DNA from: Alphaproteobacteria bacterium
GTDB lineage: Bacteria; Pseudomonadota; Alphaproteobacteria; Rs-D84
Length of the DNA stretch: 64,000 bases
Reading direction: 5' to 3'
NCBI GenBank assembly: GCA_017409215.1
Contig: JAFQTD010000036.1
Coordinates: forward strand, 14,038 to 78,037
Of the stretch, positions 18,295-27,053 are shown one piece after another. A program made the translations under genes and the position numbers. Under the pieces are notes generated by a model. That model was not told where the DNA came from, did not search any database, and saw only the letters and a list, made by a program, of their open reading frames with translations. Position 1 is the first letter of the stretch. Each line of letters starts with the position of its first letter.

Positions 18295-19578
18295 CTATTG
18301 ATTACCTAAATTTCTGCGTTGTTGCATCTCCATATAATACAAATCATTAAATCGATTTTGTTTCTTTTGTTTGTTCATTAAAATTTGCTGACCTTTTTCA
18401 AACGCCTCTATTTTTGCTTTTGATTCTTCTTTTTTAGGTTCTTTGATTGCTGTTTGTTGTCCATATATTATCCTGTTTTTATGCATATCAGATATTTTGA
18501 TTAATTCATCTGTCGCCTGTTTTTGTACTTTTTCATCGTTGCGCAAATAAGCCTGTTTAATTATACGTCTATAATCGTTTGCTATCCCGTTTGAAATAAG
18601 TCCTTCGCGTGCAGAGCTGCCTATATACCTACTTAGCTTTTCCAGTTCGTATTGAGCAGACCCAAAATCACCATTTGTATTAAATTCATTATAAGCCGCC
18701 ACAAAATCTTTCGCTTTATTAATAACATCTAGAGATTTATATTGAGATTGTACCAACGAAGTTTTATCTAATACATCTAATTGATCGAGCAGTATTTTCT
18801 TTAATCTTTGTGTAGCATCTGTTTTTGATATGCCGCCATCTTTTGCCCAAGACAATATATCTCTGTATTCTTGTTTCATTTGTTCGGAAAGCAAACCTTT
18901 GTCGTTAGCTTCTCTTAGTCCAGCCCACATATTGTCGAAAGAATTAGGATCAAAATCGTTCCCTTTCTTTAAAACATCCGTCAATGCAAATACCGTTTCT
19001 GCCCCCATCTGTTTATCTTGATTCATTTGAGAGGAATTTATCGGTTTTTGCTCTTCTTTTTTAGGTTCCTTGATTGCTGTTTGTTCGATATTAGATAAGG
19101 GCGGTTGTTTGTTTTGATTTTCTTGGTGTTCTTTAATTATATTTTTTTCAACATCAGACATGGGCATCTGCTGTTCTGGAACATGTTGTGTTTTACTTTT
19201 ATGCAGCTCTTGTGTTTCTTTCAAAAAATCAGTTATACCAACATCTAATTTACGCATCGGATCCCACGTATATTCATCGTGCGCATACTCGCCAAGTGCC
19301 GACGATTTTATGTGAGACAAATCATTAGTCATATTGTTATATAATTCATTAAATTTTTCTAATTGAGAATAATCAACCCCGCGTTTAAAGTCTAATTCTT
19401 CATATATAAATTTTGTCAAAGGGTTAAAAGAATTTGCTATAAACTCGTATGCTGTTGCAGCATATGGTTGACCCGATCTTTGCATATGCCCAATCATTTG
19501 TTCTGCTTTTTGTTGTACGCTTAATAGATTCTTAACTATATCATAAAATTTTTCTGCTTGTTCTTGTGATAGTTGCAT
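18295..19578 (-). CDS. hypothetical Lys/Glu/Gln-rich protein with internal tandem duplication
   Basis: Start moved to the ATG at 19578 (RBS GAGAGGAATAAT), because the track start at 19659 lies inside the att-like repeat at 19633-19657. Motif QTAIKEPKKEE occurs twice. The DNA repeat TTTAGGTTC(T/C)TTGATTGCTGTTTGTT sits at 18421 and 19061. Confidence 0.5.
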   Translation of the reverse strand: MQLSQEQAEKFYDIVKNLLSVQQKAEQMIGHMQRSGQPYAATAYEFIANSFNPLTKFIYEELDFKRGVDYSQLEKFNELYNNMTNDLSHIKSSALGEYAHDEYTWDPMRKLDVGITDFLKETQELHKSKTQHVPEQQMPMSDVEKNIIKEHQENQNKQPPLSNIEQTAIKEPKKEEQKPINSSQMNQDKQMGAETVFALTDVLKKGNDFDPNSFDNMWAGLREANDKGLLSEQMKQEYRDILSWAKDGGISKTDATQRLKKILLDQLDVLDKTSLVQSQYKSLDVINKAKDFVAAYNEFNTNGDFGSAQYELEKLSRYIGSSAREGLISNGIANDYRRIIKQAYLRNDEKVQKQATDELIKISDMHKNRIIYGQQTAIKEPKKEESKAKIEAFEKGQQILMNKQKKQNRFNDLYYMEMQQRRNLGNQ

Positions 19579-19684
19579 ATTATTCCTCTCTATCGGTAAT
19601 AATATACCATAAAAAACATAAGTTTTCAAATCGCGCTCCGCCCACTGGCCACAACCCAAAAAAAACCAGTCATACGGCTGGTTT

Positions 19685-20467
19685 TTACTTTACTTTTTGC
19701 GATATGCCTTGCCACATAACTTTCTGTTTCTCGTTTTCAAAAATTGCGATTGGTATTTCATATACGTGGCTTTCAACACCGTTATAAAGTTCTTTGGTTA
19801 GTGCGACGTGCTTTGATGCCGCATTGTGCAATTCTTCAATACGCTTTAGGATATATGTATCGCCTATGTATTCTGGGTATCGTAAATATTCATATTCAAA
19901 TACGGGACTGCCAGTAACGATTTTGTATATCTTGGATATGTCTGTAAAATCAATTTCATCATCACTGTTACGGTTATACCATTGGTAATGTTTGTGGTTA
20001 ATACCTGGGATAGAGTTGATTCTTATATCGTCCAATCGGTCCAAGAATCTTTGTGGATTGATATATTCCAAGTTTGCACGTTTCCCATCAATAGATATGA
20101 CCTTGGTTTGCAAATCCTCAGGCTTGATATAAGTGGGACGATTTGGATTATAAAACATTTTTAAGGTTTCCAGTGTACAGTCTGGCACTTCCAGAATTGT
20201 GTCTTTATTAGTTAATTTATAAGGCACAGATTGCAGATTGATTGTCAGTGGGTGCGGCAAGTTAAAATCCACAGTGTTATAACTTTGAATTACATATTGT
20301 GGCGTACATGTTGTATATGTTAATTTATCCCCAGATTGTGTCAGGAAAACACATTCTGCCCATCTGTATCTGTTGCGGTCGTATTGTGTCCTGTATTCTA
20401 CATTCACAGGACGCGCCATACTTTTATGTTTTTCTAATACATTCGCGTTTAATGGAACGGTTAGCAT
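19685..20467 (-). CDS. hypothetical protein (orphan)
   Basis: 260-aa ORF with no recognisable motif. A terminator-like hairpin AACCAGTCATACGGCTGGTTTTT lies near 19667-19689, close to the stop. Confidence 0.45.
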   Translation of the reverse strand: MLTVPLNANVLEKHKSMARPVNVEYRTQYDRNRYRWAECVFLTQSGDKLTYTTCTPQYVIQSYNTVDFNLPHPLTINLQSVPYKLTNKDTILEVPDCTLETLKMFYNPNRPTYIKPEDLQTKVISIDGKRANLEYINPQRFLDRLDDIRINSIPGINHKHYQWYNRNSDDEIDFTDISKIYKIVTGSPVFEYEYLRYPEYIGDTYILKRIEELHNAASKHVALTKELYNGVESHVYEIPIAIFENEKQKVMWQGISQKVK

Positions 20468-20654
20468 TTTTTTCTCTTATTTCTTTATTCTCTGCCAGTT
20501 CCCCCTGTATGTCGGCATTATAAACAAGGCTGTGCTTATCGCGCAAGTAAAAACACAGTGAAACTTATATTATAAAAATATCAAGACAACATATTACGGA
20601 CTATGCAGAACATTAAACGAAAAAAAGAAGGGCGGTCCCTTCTTTTTCTTCAGC

Positions 20655-21767
20655 CTATACCTTAAAATCTTTGCGTTTACGATTACATTTAGGGTCGGTC
20701 ACACTGGGTGCATTCAGAATAGGCAGATTTTTGGGATTTTGATATTGGCAACCGTGCTCTAAAACAGTCATATCTTGAACGGCCCAACCTCTTCCAAAAT
20801 TATCAAACCCTTTGGCGCTTTTATGCAAGGCCCAACGCTTTGCGGTAATTTGTTGACGTAAATCCGGTCCCTTATAATCCTTGATTGCCTGAAATGTTTT
20901 GGGACCCAAATAGCCGTCTGCGTCTGTTCCGACAATTGATTGCAGTGTTTTTACTAAAACTTTGGCTGTGCCGTTGCCTTGATTAAAGGCAGTTGAAAAG
21001 AAATCGCCACGTAGTGCATCAGGCAGTTGGTTGAATTTATAGTTTTTATAAAAGTGACCATACGCAATATCTTGTGCGTCATGAATAGAAAATTCTGGAT
21101 TGTTTACAGAGTCTGCAAAGTATCTTTCTGTCACACCAAAACAAGTTATTCCCGCCCCATCACCAACATCAGAGCATACAGGTGCTTCGATTCTAAGTTG
21201 TGTAGCCCACGCCTTTTGGAAAGCGGGGTCGTTATGATATTTGTTGTTTGGTGGACAGTACAAATTTGCCACACGACCATCGGTATATTTAATTGCAGGT
21301 GTGCATGACTGATTAAATCTGTTAAAATCTGCCAAGCCAATAGTGTATGCAGGTTGTGCATCCCTGGTGTATTCAATCATATCTTTTATAAAATTATTTT
21401 TGCACGATAAAAAGGTGCTTGTAGTGAACGAGCTATGTCCTGCAAGACAAATTTTCATCAGGTTTCGCGCAGACAAATATCCCTGGTTTTTTGATGCTAA
21501 TTCTTCATACTGCGCAATGGCGTTATTTAAATTCTGTCCTTCGAAATGTTGTGCCAGCGCTACTTCTGCGATGCTTGGGTCGAATAAAATTGCGTTTTCT
21601 CCATCTTTATTAACACCGATATTGTTATCTGGCTGTGGCACGTTTTGCGTCAGTGACAAATCGCCAAGTGAATCCAGTTCGTTTATGATTTCGTTGTGAT
21701 AGGCCAAGGCATTTTGAATCAACAATCCAGACATTGGAATAAAGAGTATTGTAAATATCTTTCTCAT
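20655..21767 (-). CDS. secreted GH108-family muramidase with PG_binding_3 domain and unknown N-terminal extension
   Basis: Start at the ATG at 21767 (AGGAG RBS) gives signal peptide MRKIFTILFIPMSGLLIQNALA. The C-terminal half has the GH108-like block IEAPVCSDVGDGAGITCFGVT and the peptidoglycan-binding block DADGYLGPKTFQAI. The N-terminal ~190 aa are Cys-containing and of unknown fold. Confidence 0.65.
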   Translation of the reverse strand: MRKIFTILFIPMSGLLIQNALAYHNEIINELDSLGDLSLTQNVPQPDNNIGVNKDGENAILFDPSIAEVALAQHFEGQNLNNAIAQYEELASKNQGYLSARNLMKICLAGHSSFTTSTFLSCKNNFIKDMIEYTRDAQPAYTIGLADFNRFNQSCTPAIKYTDGRVANLYCPPNNKYHNDPAFQKAWATQLRIEAPVCSDVGDGAGITCFGVTERYFADSVNNPEFSIHDAQDIAYGHFYKNYKFNQLPDALRGDFFSTAFNQGNGTAKVLVKTLQSIVGTDADGYLGPKTFQAIKDYKGPDLRQQITAKRWALHKSAKGFDNFGRGWAVQDMTVLEHGCQYQNPKNLPILNAPSVTDPKCNRKRKDFKV

Positions 21768-21786
21768 AAAAAAACTCCTGCTTTTT

Positions 21787-22812
21787 TTACAACGCATCAG
21801 AACAATTTTCTGCAACTTCGATTAATTTCTTAATTACACTGATTTGCGATGCGTTAAATGCAGTTGCAACCGCGCTAGAAACAGTTGCGCCTGCAGCCAA
21901 AACATTTGCGGTGGTATTTAAGTTTTTTTCTTTTTGTTCTGCGCCTGTGGTACTATCATTTCGAATGTTTTTGCTGTTTGCAAGTGCGCTGACAATGGTT
22001 CCTGCGCCACCTGTGGTTGCGGTTGCTATTGATGATATTTTTGCACCTGTTGCGCGTTTATCGATTTTCGATAAGTCTATATAGTCATAACCCTCACACG
22101 CTGTGATTACATCAGCGGCATCAAATGTAGGTTCGCCTGAGATTTGTGCTGCCTTATATGATAATCTTAAATCAGACATTGCGTTGATGCAATTTTCAAC
22201 TTGGTCTTTTAATGATTGGTCTGTTTTATTTTTGTCTGCGATAATTGCCCCTGCAACACCTGTCACAGTGGTACCTGCCAACAATCCTGTTCTTAAATTG
22301 CCCAGATTTTTTGATTTTTTCTGCAGTTCATCCGTATTGTCTGTTGCCTCAGCCTGCTTTTCTTCTGAGGTACCAAAATCTTCAAAGTTAAGATTTTCTA
22401 CGTCATTGGAAAGCTGATCCAAAGCACTTTCTGTTGCTTTACCAGCTGTTTGTGTACCTTTAAGTGTTTCTCTGGTTTTCTCCAGTCGTACAGATAATGC
22501 TTTGTCTATACCTGCTTTTTTTATCCCGGCAACTGTTGCGCCGACCCCTAAACCCGTTCCGACACCAGTTATCGCGGTGTTTATTCCGGCCATTTTTTTT
22601 AATTCATCCAGACTATCTTCTATTCCATTGCATTCCCTATAAACAGCGCCCAGCGCTTCGTCCAATGGTAAAGGTTCCGCATCGGCAAAACCAGGGCACA
22701 ACATAACCATAACAACAAAGTGCTTGTAAATTTTCACTGTATTCTCCTTTGCCAAGAATTGTATCATAAATACCAACTTGAAACAAGTGTGAATCTTGTT
22801 TTTTTTTCCCAA
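21787..22812 (-). CDS. secreted Ala/Gly/Thr-rich protein, paralog of 57789-58727
   Basis: Signal peptide ...HFVVMVMLCPGFADA. Shared blocks with the paralog: YxxCxGIxDxLxxLKKMAGINTAIT.VGT..G.GATV.GI.K and KEKNLNT..NVLA......ATA..FNA.QIS.IKK..EVA..C. The true start may be an internal Met near 22767. Confidence 0.55.
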   Translation of the reverse strand: MGKKNKIHTCFKLVFMIQFLAKENTVKIYKHFVVMVMLCPGFADAEPLPLDEALGAVYRECNGIEDSLDELKKMAGINTAITGVGTGLGVGATVAGIKKAGIDKALSVRLEKTRETLKGTQTAGKATESALDQLSNDVENLNFEDFGTSEEKQAEATDNTDELQKKSKNLGNLRTGLLAGTTVTGVAGAIIADKNKTDQSLKDQVENCINAMSDLRLSYKAAQISGEPTFDAADVITACEGYDYIDLSKIDKRATGAKISSIATATTGGAGTIVSALANSKNIRNDSTTGAEQKEKNLNTTANVLAAGATVSSAVATAFNASQISVIKKLIEVAENCSDAL

Positions 22813-22982
22813 GGTGGCGGATAGATATTTTTTGAAAGATGTTAAAAAAATAAAAGGTTTAAATATGATTGTTCGGTCGTCAGATACGGAACAGATAAAA
22901 AAACACGAAAAAGCAAAAATTATATTAAACTTGTGTTGAAATGCATAAATTTTAAGTGTATGATGGTTGCGTTCTAAAACTT

Positions 22983-23057
22983 GCTCCCATCGTCTAGCGG
23001 TTAGGACACCAGATTCTCATTCTGGTAACACGGGTTCGATTCCCGTTGGGAGTGCCA
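22983..23057 (+). tRNA. tRNA-Glu (anticodon CTC as read)
   Basis: Cloverleaf folded by hand. Acceptor GCUCCCA/UGGGAGU, D stem GUCU/GGAC, anticodon stem CCAGA/UCUGG, loop UUCUCAU, T arm ACGGG-UUCGAUU-CCCGU. CCA is encoded. Confidence 0.8.
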
Positions 23058-23217
23058 AGTTTAAAAATATTCTACAAACATATTGACTTTTCTGATTTTT
23101 GTACTATGTTTTGTGTAAAGTAAAACTTTTATACAAAGGTGTAGTACCATGGAAAAAAAGAAAAAAAGTAATTTTAAGGAAAATTTAAACCTGTAGGCGC
23201 TTTCTGTTGCGATATTA

Positions 23218-23592
23218 GTGTCTGGTGGCGCGATGTTTTATCATATTGTTGCGGACCGCTATATTCCGAAGGTATCTGATAAAGAAATTGAAGCAAAAGA
23301 GTTAGAGTTTGCAAGCGACAGTACATTGTACGAAAATTTATTGTACCTTAATCTTCGTCAGCCAGAACAGTATGACAGCATAGATGGATATAGCTATATT
23401 GAAAAAAGCAAAGAAACACTAGACGCACAACGTGCAATGCTAAGGACAAGGGCAGAATTAGAAAAATTAAAGGCAGATAAAAAGATTGCGGATTCTATGT
23501 TAATGGTTCCAAAATATGAACGGTTCAAAAAAAATTGGAAAGAAATTCGTATCGCATATCATACCAATCGTCTAAAGTCATTATCACGCTAA
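23218..23592 (+). CDS. hypothetical protein
   Basis: 124-aa ORF, coiled-coil rich. GTG start in the track, with an ATG alternative at 23233. A bidirectional terminator lies at 23599-23621. Confidence 0.4.
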   Translation: MSGGAMFYHIVADRYIPKVSDKEIEAKELEFASDSTLYENLLYLNLRQPEQYDSIDGYSYIEKSKETLDAQRAMLRTRAELEKLKADKKIADSMLMVPKYERFKKNWKEIRIAYHTNRLKSLSR

Positions 23593-23598
23593 ATAAAA

Positions 23599-23621
23599 CA
23601 AACCGCCATTTGGCGGTTTTT
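23599..23621. terminator. bidirectional terminator
   Basis: AAACCGCCATTTGGCGGTTTTTG between convergent genes. Confidence 0.5.
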
Positions 23622-23623
23622 GT

Positions 23624-24694
23624 TTAACCTAAGGCAGCAGTTATTTGGTCTTGCATTTGAAAAGTTCCCAAAACAACCCATGCAATAATTGCTGAAACTA
23701 TTAATATGCCAATACTGTTTAGAATATTTGAAACGCGCTCCATTTTTCTGACGGATTCTTCCAGATAATCGTTTGCAATTTTATTCAAATTTTCATCAAA
23801 CCCATTCATATCTGCATAAATAATCAAGTCGCCAATAATTTCATCATCTGGGAAATTGCGCCCTGTATTTGTCAGCGCAACCCCCAGGTTATCACCATTT
23901 GCGATATAATGAAGCGTGTTGTCCAAAATGCTACGCAGATATCTGTTTGCATTATCTGCCAACAGTCTAAGTGCATCTGGAATTGTTCCGCCGGCCTTAA
24001 CAATTGCCGCCAAAGACATCAGCCAACTAACAGAAACCTGAATTTTATAAACGTTCCAAGGTGGCAGTTTATCAAAAAGTACACGCAATTTGCCAGACCA
24101 GTTTGCCAGACTTAACCAAACCAAGGAAATCACAAGCGCAAAAACAATAAAAAACACATACCAATAATTAATTGATATTTCGGACAGCACAACCAATGAA
24201 CGCGCCATGCCGCGCCAAACAATGGTGTTGCCTGCAACATCGGCCAACGGTGGCACCAGATAAATTCCAACCATAATAATGATACCAAATGTCAGTGCCA
24301 ACAAAAACAGTGGGTATGCGATTGCGCTGGTCATTGCGCGTCTAATCCGACCTGTTCCTTCTACTACGCGCCCAACATTTTCTAGTGCAACTGCCAGGTC
24401 AGATAAATTCCCAGAAGAAACCAACAGTGTTTCATCGGGTGGCACCCATCCACGTGTGACCTCTGAAAAAGTCATACCGCGCTCCAGACCATATTGCCAC
24501 TGTCGCATAACAATTGCGAATGGTTCGCGTGGCTTTGTGCCATTTTTTGATTCGATTGCTTCCAATCGTTCAAGCGCATTAATCAACGTAAAATCATTTC
24601 GCAATAACGAAGCCAACTTGCGACACAGCGCCATACGTTTTTCCGTACTGGTGCGAAAAACCCATTTTGCATACAGTAATTCTAGTTTATTCAT
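23624..24694 (-). CDS. type II secretion / type IV pilus platform protein GspF/PilC family
   Basis: 356 aa with three TM segments and paired cytoplasmic domains typical of GspF. Confidence 0.85.
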   Translation of the reverse strand: MNKLELLYAKWVFRTSTEKRMALCRKLASLLRNDFTLINALERLEAIESKNGTKPREPFAIVMRQWQYGLERGMTFSEVTRGWVPPDETLLVSSGNLSDLAVALENVGRVVEGTGRIRRAMTSAIAYPLFLLALTFGIIIMVGIYLVPPLADVAGNTIVWRGMARSLVVLSEISINYWYVFFIVFALVISLVWLSLANWSGKLRVLFDKLPPWNVYKIQVSVSWLMSLAAIVKAGGTIPDALRLLADNANRYLRSILDNTLHYIANGDNLGVALTNTGRNFPDDEIIGDLIIYADMNGFDENLNKIANDYLEESVRKMERVSNILNSIGILIVSAIIAWVVLGTFQMQDQITAALG

Positions 24695-24695
24695 A

Positions 24696-26330
24696 TTAAT
24701 ATGCCCCAGGTTCGTTTACATATCCGACCCATCGTTCCAGTTCATCTATGCTAATAATTCCCTGCAACATCAATGCTGATGCGGCTTCCTTTAATGTTCG
24801 TCCATTCATATTTTCCAACCAATATCGAAATGCATCGTCGGTTTTGCCTGACAGCGCCAGTCCCAAGAATTCGCTATTTGTAATGATAATTTCACCTGCC
24901 TTAACGCGTCCCAGTGTGCCTGACCCGTTGCAGTGTGGGCAACCTGCGCCACGCAAATATGCCTGACGTACCCCCAGTTCACCATACATTTCCATTATTC
25001 GTTTATATGCGCCGCGTTCTGGATGGTTTTCCAGTGGTTCGCGACAATGCGGGCAAACCTTTTTGAACAGTCGCATAGAAACAAGTCCGCGCATCAAAGT
25101 TTCTTCTTTTAATTTAAATGGCTCTATTCCCAAGTCTAACAAACGCGTCAACGCAGCCATTGCAGAATTTGCGTGCAATGTTGTCCAAACGTTATGCCCA
25201 GACAATGCGCCACGTACGGTCAGTTGTGCCGCGGCCAAGGTGCGAATTTCCCCGACCATCAGTGTATCTGGGTCGCTTCGCAATGCAGCAGCCAATGCTT
25301 CGACATATTTTTCTTCGCGTTGTTCTTCGTTTGTTGTGTTTACCACAGGCATCTGACGTGCGCCAAAAATTTTCTGTTCAACAGGATTTTCGACGGTAAT
25401 CAAATTAATTTCGTAATTTCTCTCTTTTAACATCAAGGACATATTGCGAACAAGTGTTGTTGATTTACCAGAGCTGGTTGGTCCCGCAACAATTACCAAT
25501 CCTGTTGGGAAAGAGCGCATACGTGCCAACAATCTTTGTTCATATGGGCCAAATTCTTGTTCTGTCTTTATGCCCTGTGATGGGTTGTCGTACAGCAGTC
25601 GCATAACGACATATCGGCTGCCAAAAGCGATTGGGTTAAATTGCATACGCACACCCAGCACCCCAGACGGCAGATACAAATCCTTTGTTCCGCGCAATGG
25701 TGTTCGCCCGTCTTTTTGTGCAGATTGATACTCGTTTTGTGCATAGTTTGCATTTGACATATCGGACGAAGCGAATGCAGCACGCACAAAAGATTCACCC
25801 CATTGTGAATTGTATTCCATTACTGGTTGCATACTGCCGTCTATGCGGAAATAGATTGTTGTCTGGTCTGCGACTTCGATATGTACGTCAGAAACCTTTT
25901 GTGATGCAGCCTTGGCGATAATATCGACAAAATCCTTTTGCATCTGATTATCAAAGTCCACACGTGAACGCCCAGTTCCGCCAATGCGCATTTCCTGTGT
26001 TTTGTATATATTAGAAATCAGGCTTAAATCAGAATAAAAAGGTGTGTTAACAACGCGCCCACGTCGTTTTAACAGGTCCAAAAAAGACAAAACACGTCCA
26101 TCATAACGGTGGGTTCGCGATATGATAATTTCACCACCTGTAAAGTACGCAACCAGTCCCTGCGTATCGTGTGGTAATTCAAACGCGGCACCTGTTGCGG
26201 TCAGCAAACGATTTCCATTGGAAAACAGATAATCAATAATGTCTTTGGATTCTGCGTTTTCCAACCCCAACGGTATCGAAGGTTTTTCTGTTGCGTCTAT
26301 GATATCAAGATTTTTGGTTTTTTTTACCAT
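24696..26330 (-). CDS. GspE/PilB-family secretion ATPase
   Basis: 544 aa with Walker A GPTSSGKSTTL and the tetracysteine CPHC...CPHC zinc motif typical of GspE/PilB. An N-terminal domain is present. Confidence 0.9.
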   Translation of the reverse strand: MVKKTKNLDIIDATEKPSIPLGLENAESKDIIDYLFSNGNRLLTATGAAFELPHDTQGLVAYFTGGEIIISRTHRYDGRVLSFLDLLKRRGRVVNTPFYSDLSLISNIYKTQEMRIGGTGRSRVDFDNQMQKDFVDIIAKAASQKVSDVHIEVADQTTIYFRIDGSMQPVMEYNSQWGESFVRAAFASSDMSNANYAQNEYQSAQKDGRTPLRGTKDLYLPSGVLGVRMQFNPIAFGSRYVVMRLLYDNPSQGIKTEQEFGPYEQRLLARMRSFPTGLVIVAGPTSSGKSTTLVRNMSLMLKERNYEINLITVENPVEQKIFGARQMPVVNTTNEEQREEKYVEALAAALRSDPDTLMVGEIRTLAAAQLTVRGALSGHNVWTTLHANSAMAALTRLLDLGIEPFKLKEETLMRGLVSMRLFKKVCPHCREPLENHPERGAYKRIMEMYGELGVRQAYLRGAGCPHCNGSGTLGRVKAGEIIITNSEFLGLALSGKTDDAFRYWLENMNGRTLKEAASALMLQGIISIDELERWVGYVNEPGAY

Positions 26331-26339
26331 AATATACTC

Positions 26340-27053
26340 TTAGTTCCCGTTGCTGACGTTCAATGTCTGTGTTGTACCGTTATCATCGCTAAAGACAACC
26401 CCATCATAGACAGAGATTGATTTTACAGTCAAACCATCCAGCGCTTTTCCAACGGTGATGCGTTTTGTTTGTCCTGACGTCAGGTCTTCTACAGTGGCTT
26501 GTAATTGTCCCCCTGCGCCGACAACATTTACCAATCTGTACTTCTGGCTGATGTCTACACTTGGGGTTTCTGTGTCGGCAACAACTGCCACAGGTCGTGT
26601 GGCATTTTTTTCTGTCTCTGCCAGCCAAGATTCTTTTTCGCGTTCGATACGTGCGGCCTCGGCTTCCAGTTTTGCCTTTTGTGTTTCAATTTCTTGTTGT
26701 TGTTGTTCTGCGCGTCCAGACAGTGTGTCAATTTCCATATGCAGTTTTATTTTTTCTGCTGCAAGTCTGTCTAATTCCAAATCCAACTGTGCGCGTTCTT
26801 TTTCCAATTGCATCAAGATTTTTTCTTGTTCCAAATCTGTGATTTGTTGAAACAACGAACCATCAGGTGAATAGTTTTCGATTGCGTCCATTGCAACTTC
26901 GTCCATTAAATTTTCTTCGACAAAATCACCGTCGCTATCTTCGACGAAAACATCAGCAGATTCAACATAGACATCATCTGCCAGTGCTGGTTGAAGTCCC
27001 CCCAGCAGAACAATCAGTAAAAAACCAAATGACACAATCTTTTTATTTTGCAT
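26340..27053 (-). CDS. secreted coiled-coil protein with PilP/GspC-like C-terminal beta domain
   Basis: Signal peptide, an acidic stretch, a long coiled coil and a C-terminal ~70-aa beta domain (YRLVNVVGAGGQLQATVEDLTSGQTKRITVGKALDGLTVKSISVYDGVV). The start overlaps the GspL-like gene's stop by 11 nt. Confidence 0.45.
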   Translation of the reverse strand: MQNKKIVSFGFLLIVLLGGLQPALADDVYVESADVFVEDSDGDFVEENLMDEVAMDAIENYSPDGSLFQQITDLEQEKILMQLEKERAQLDLELDRLAAEKIKLHMEIDTLSGRAEQQQQEIETQKAKLEAEAARIEREKESWLAETEKNATRPVAVVADTETPSVDISQKYRLVNVVGAGGQLQATVEDLTSGQTKRITVGKALDGLTVKSISVYDGVVFSDDNGTTQTLNVSNGN

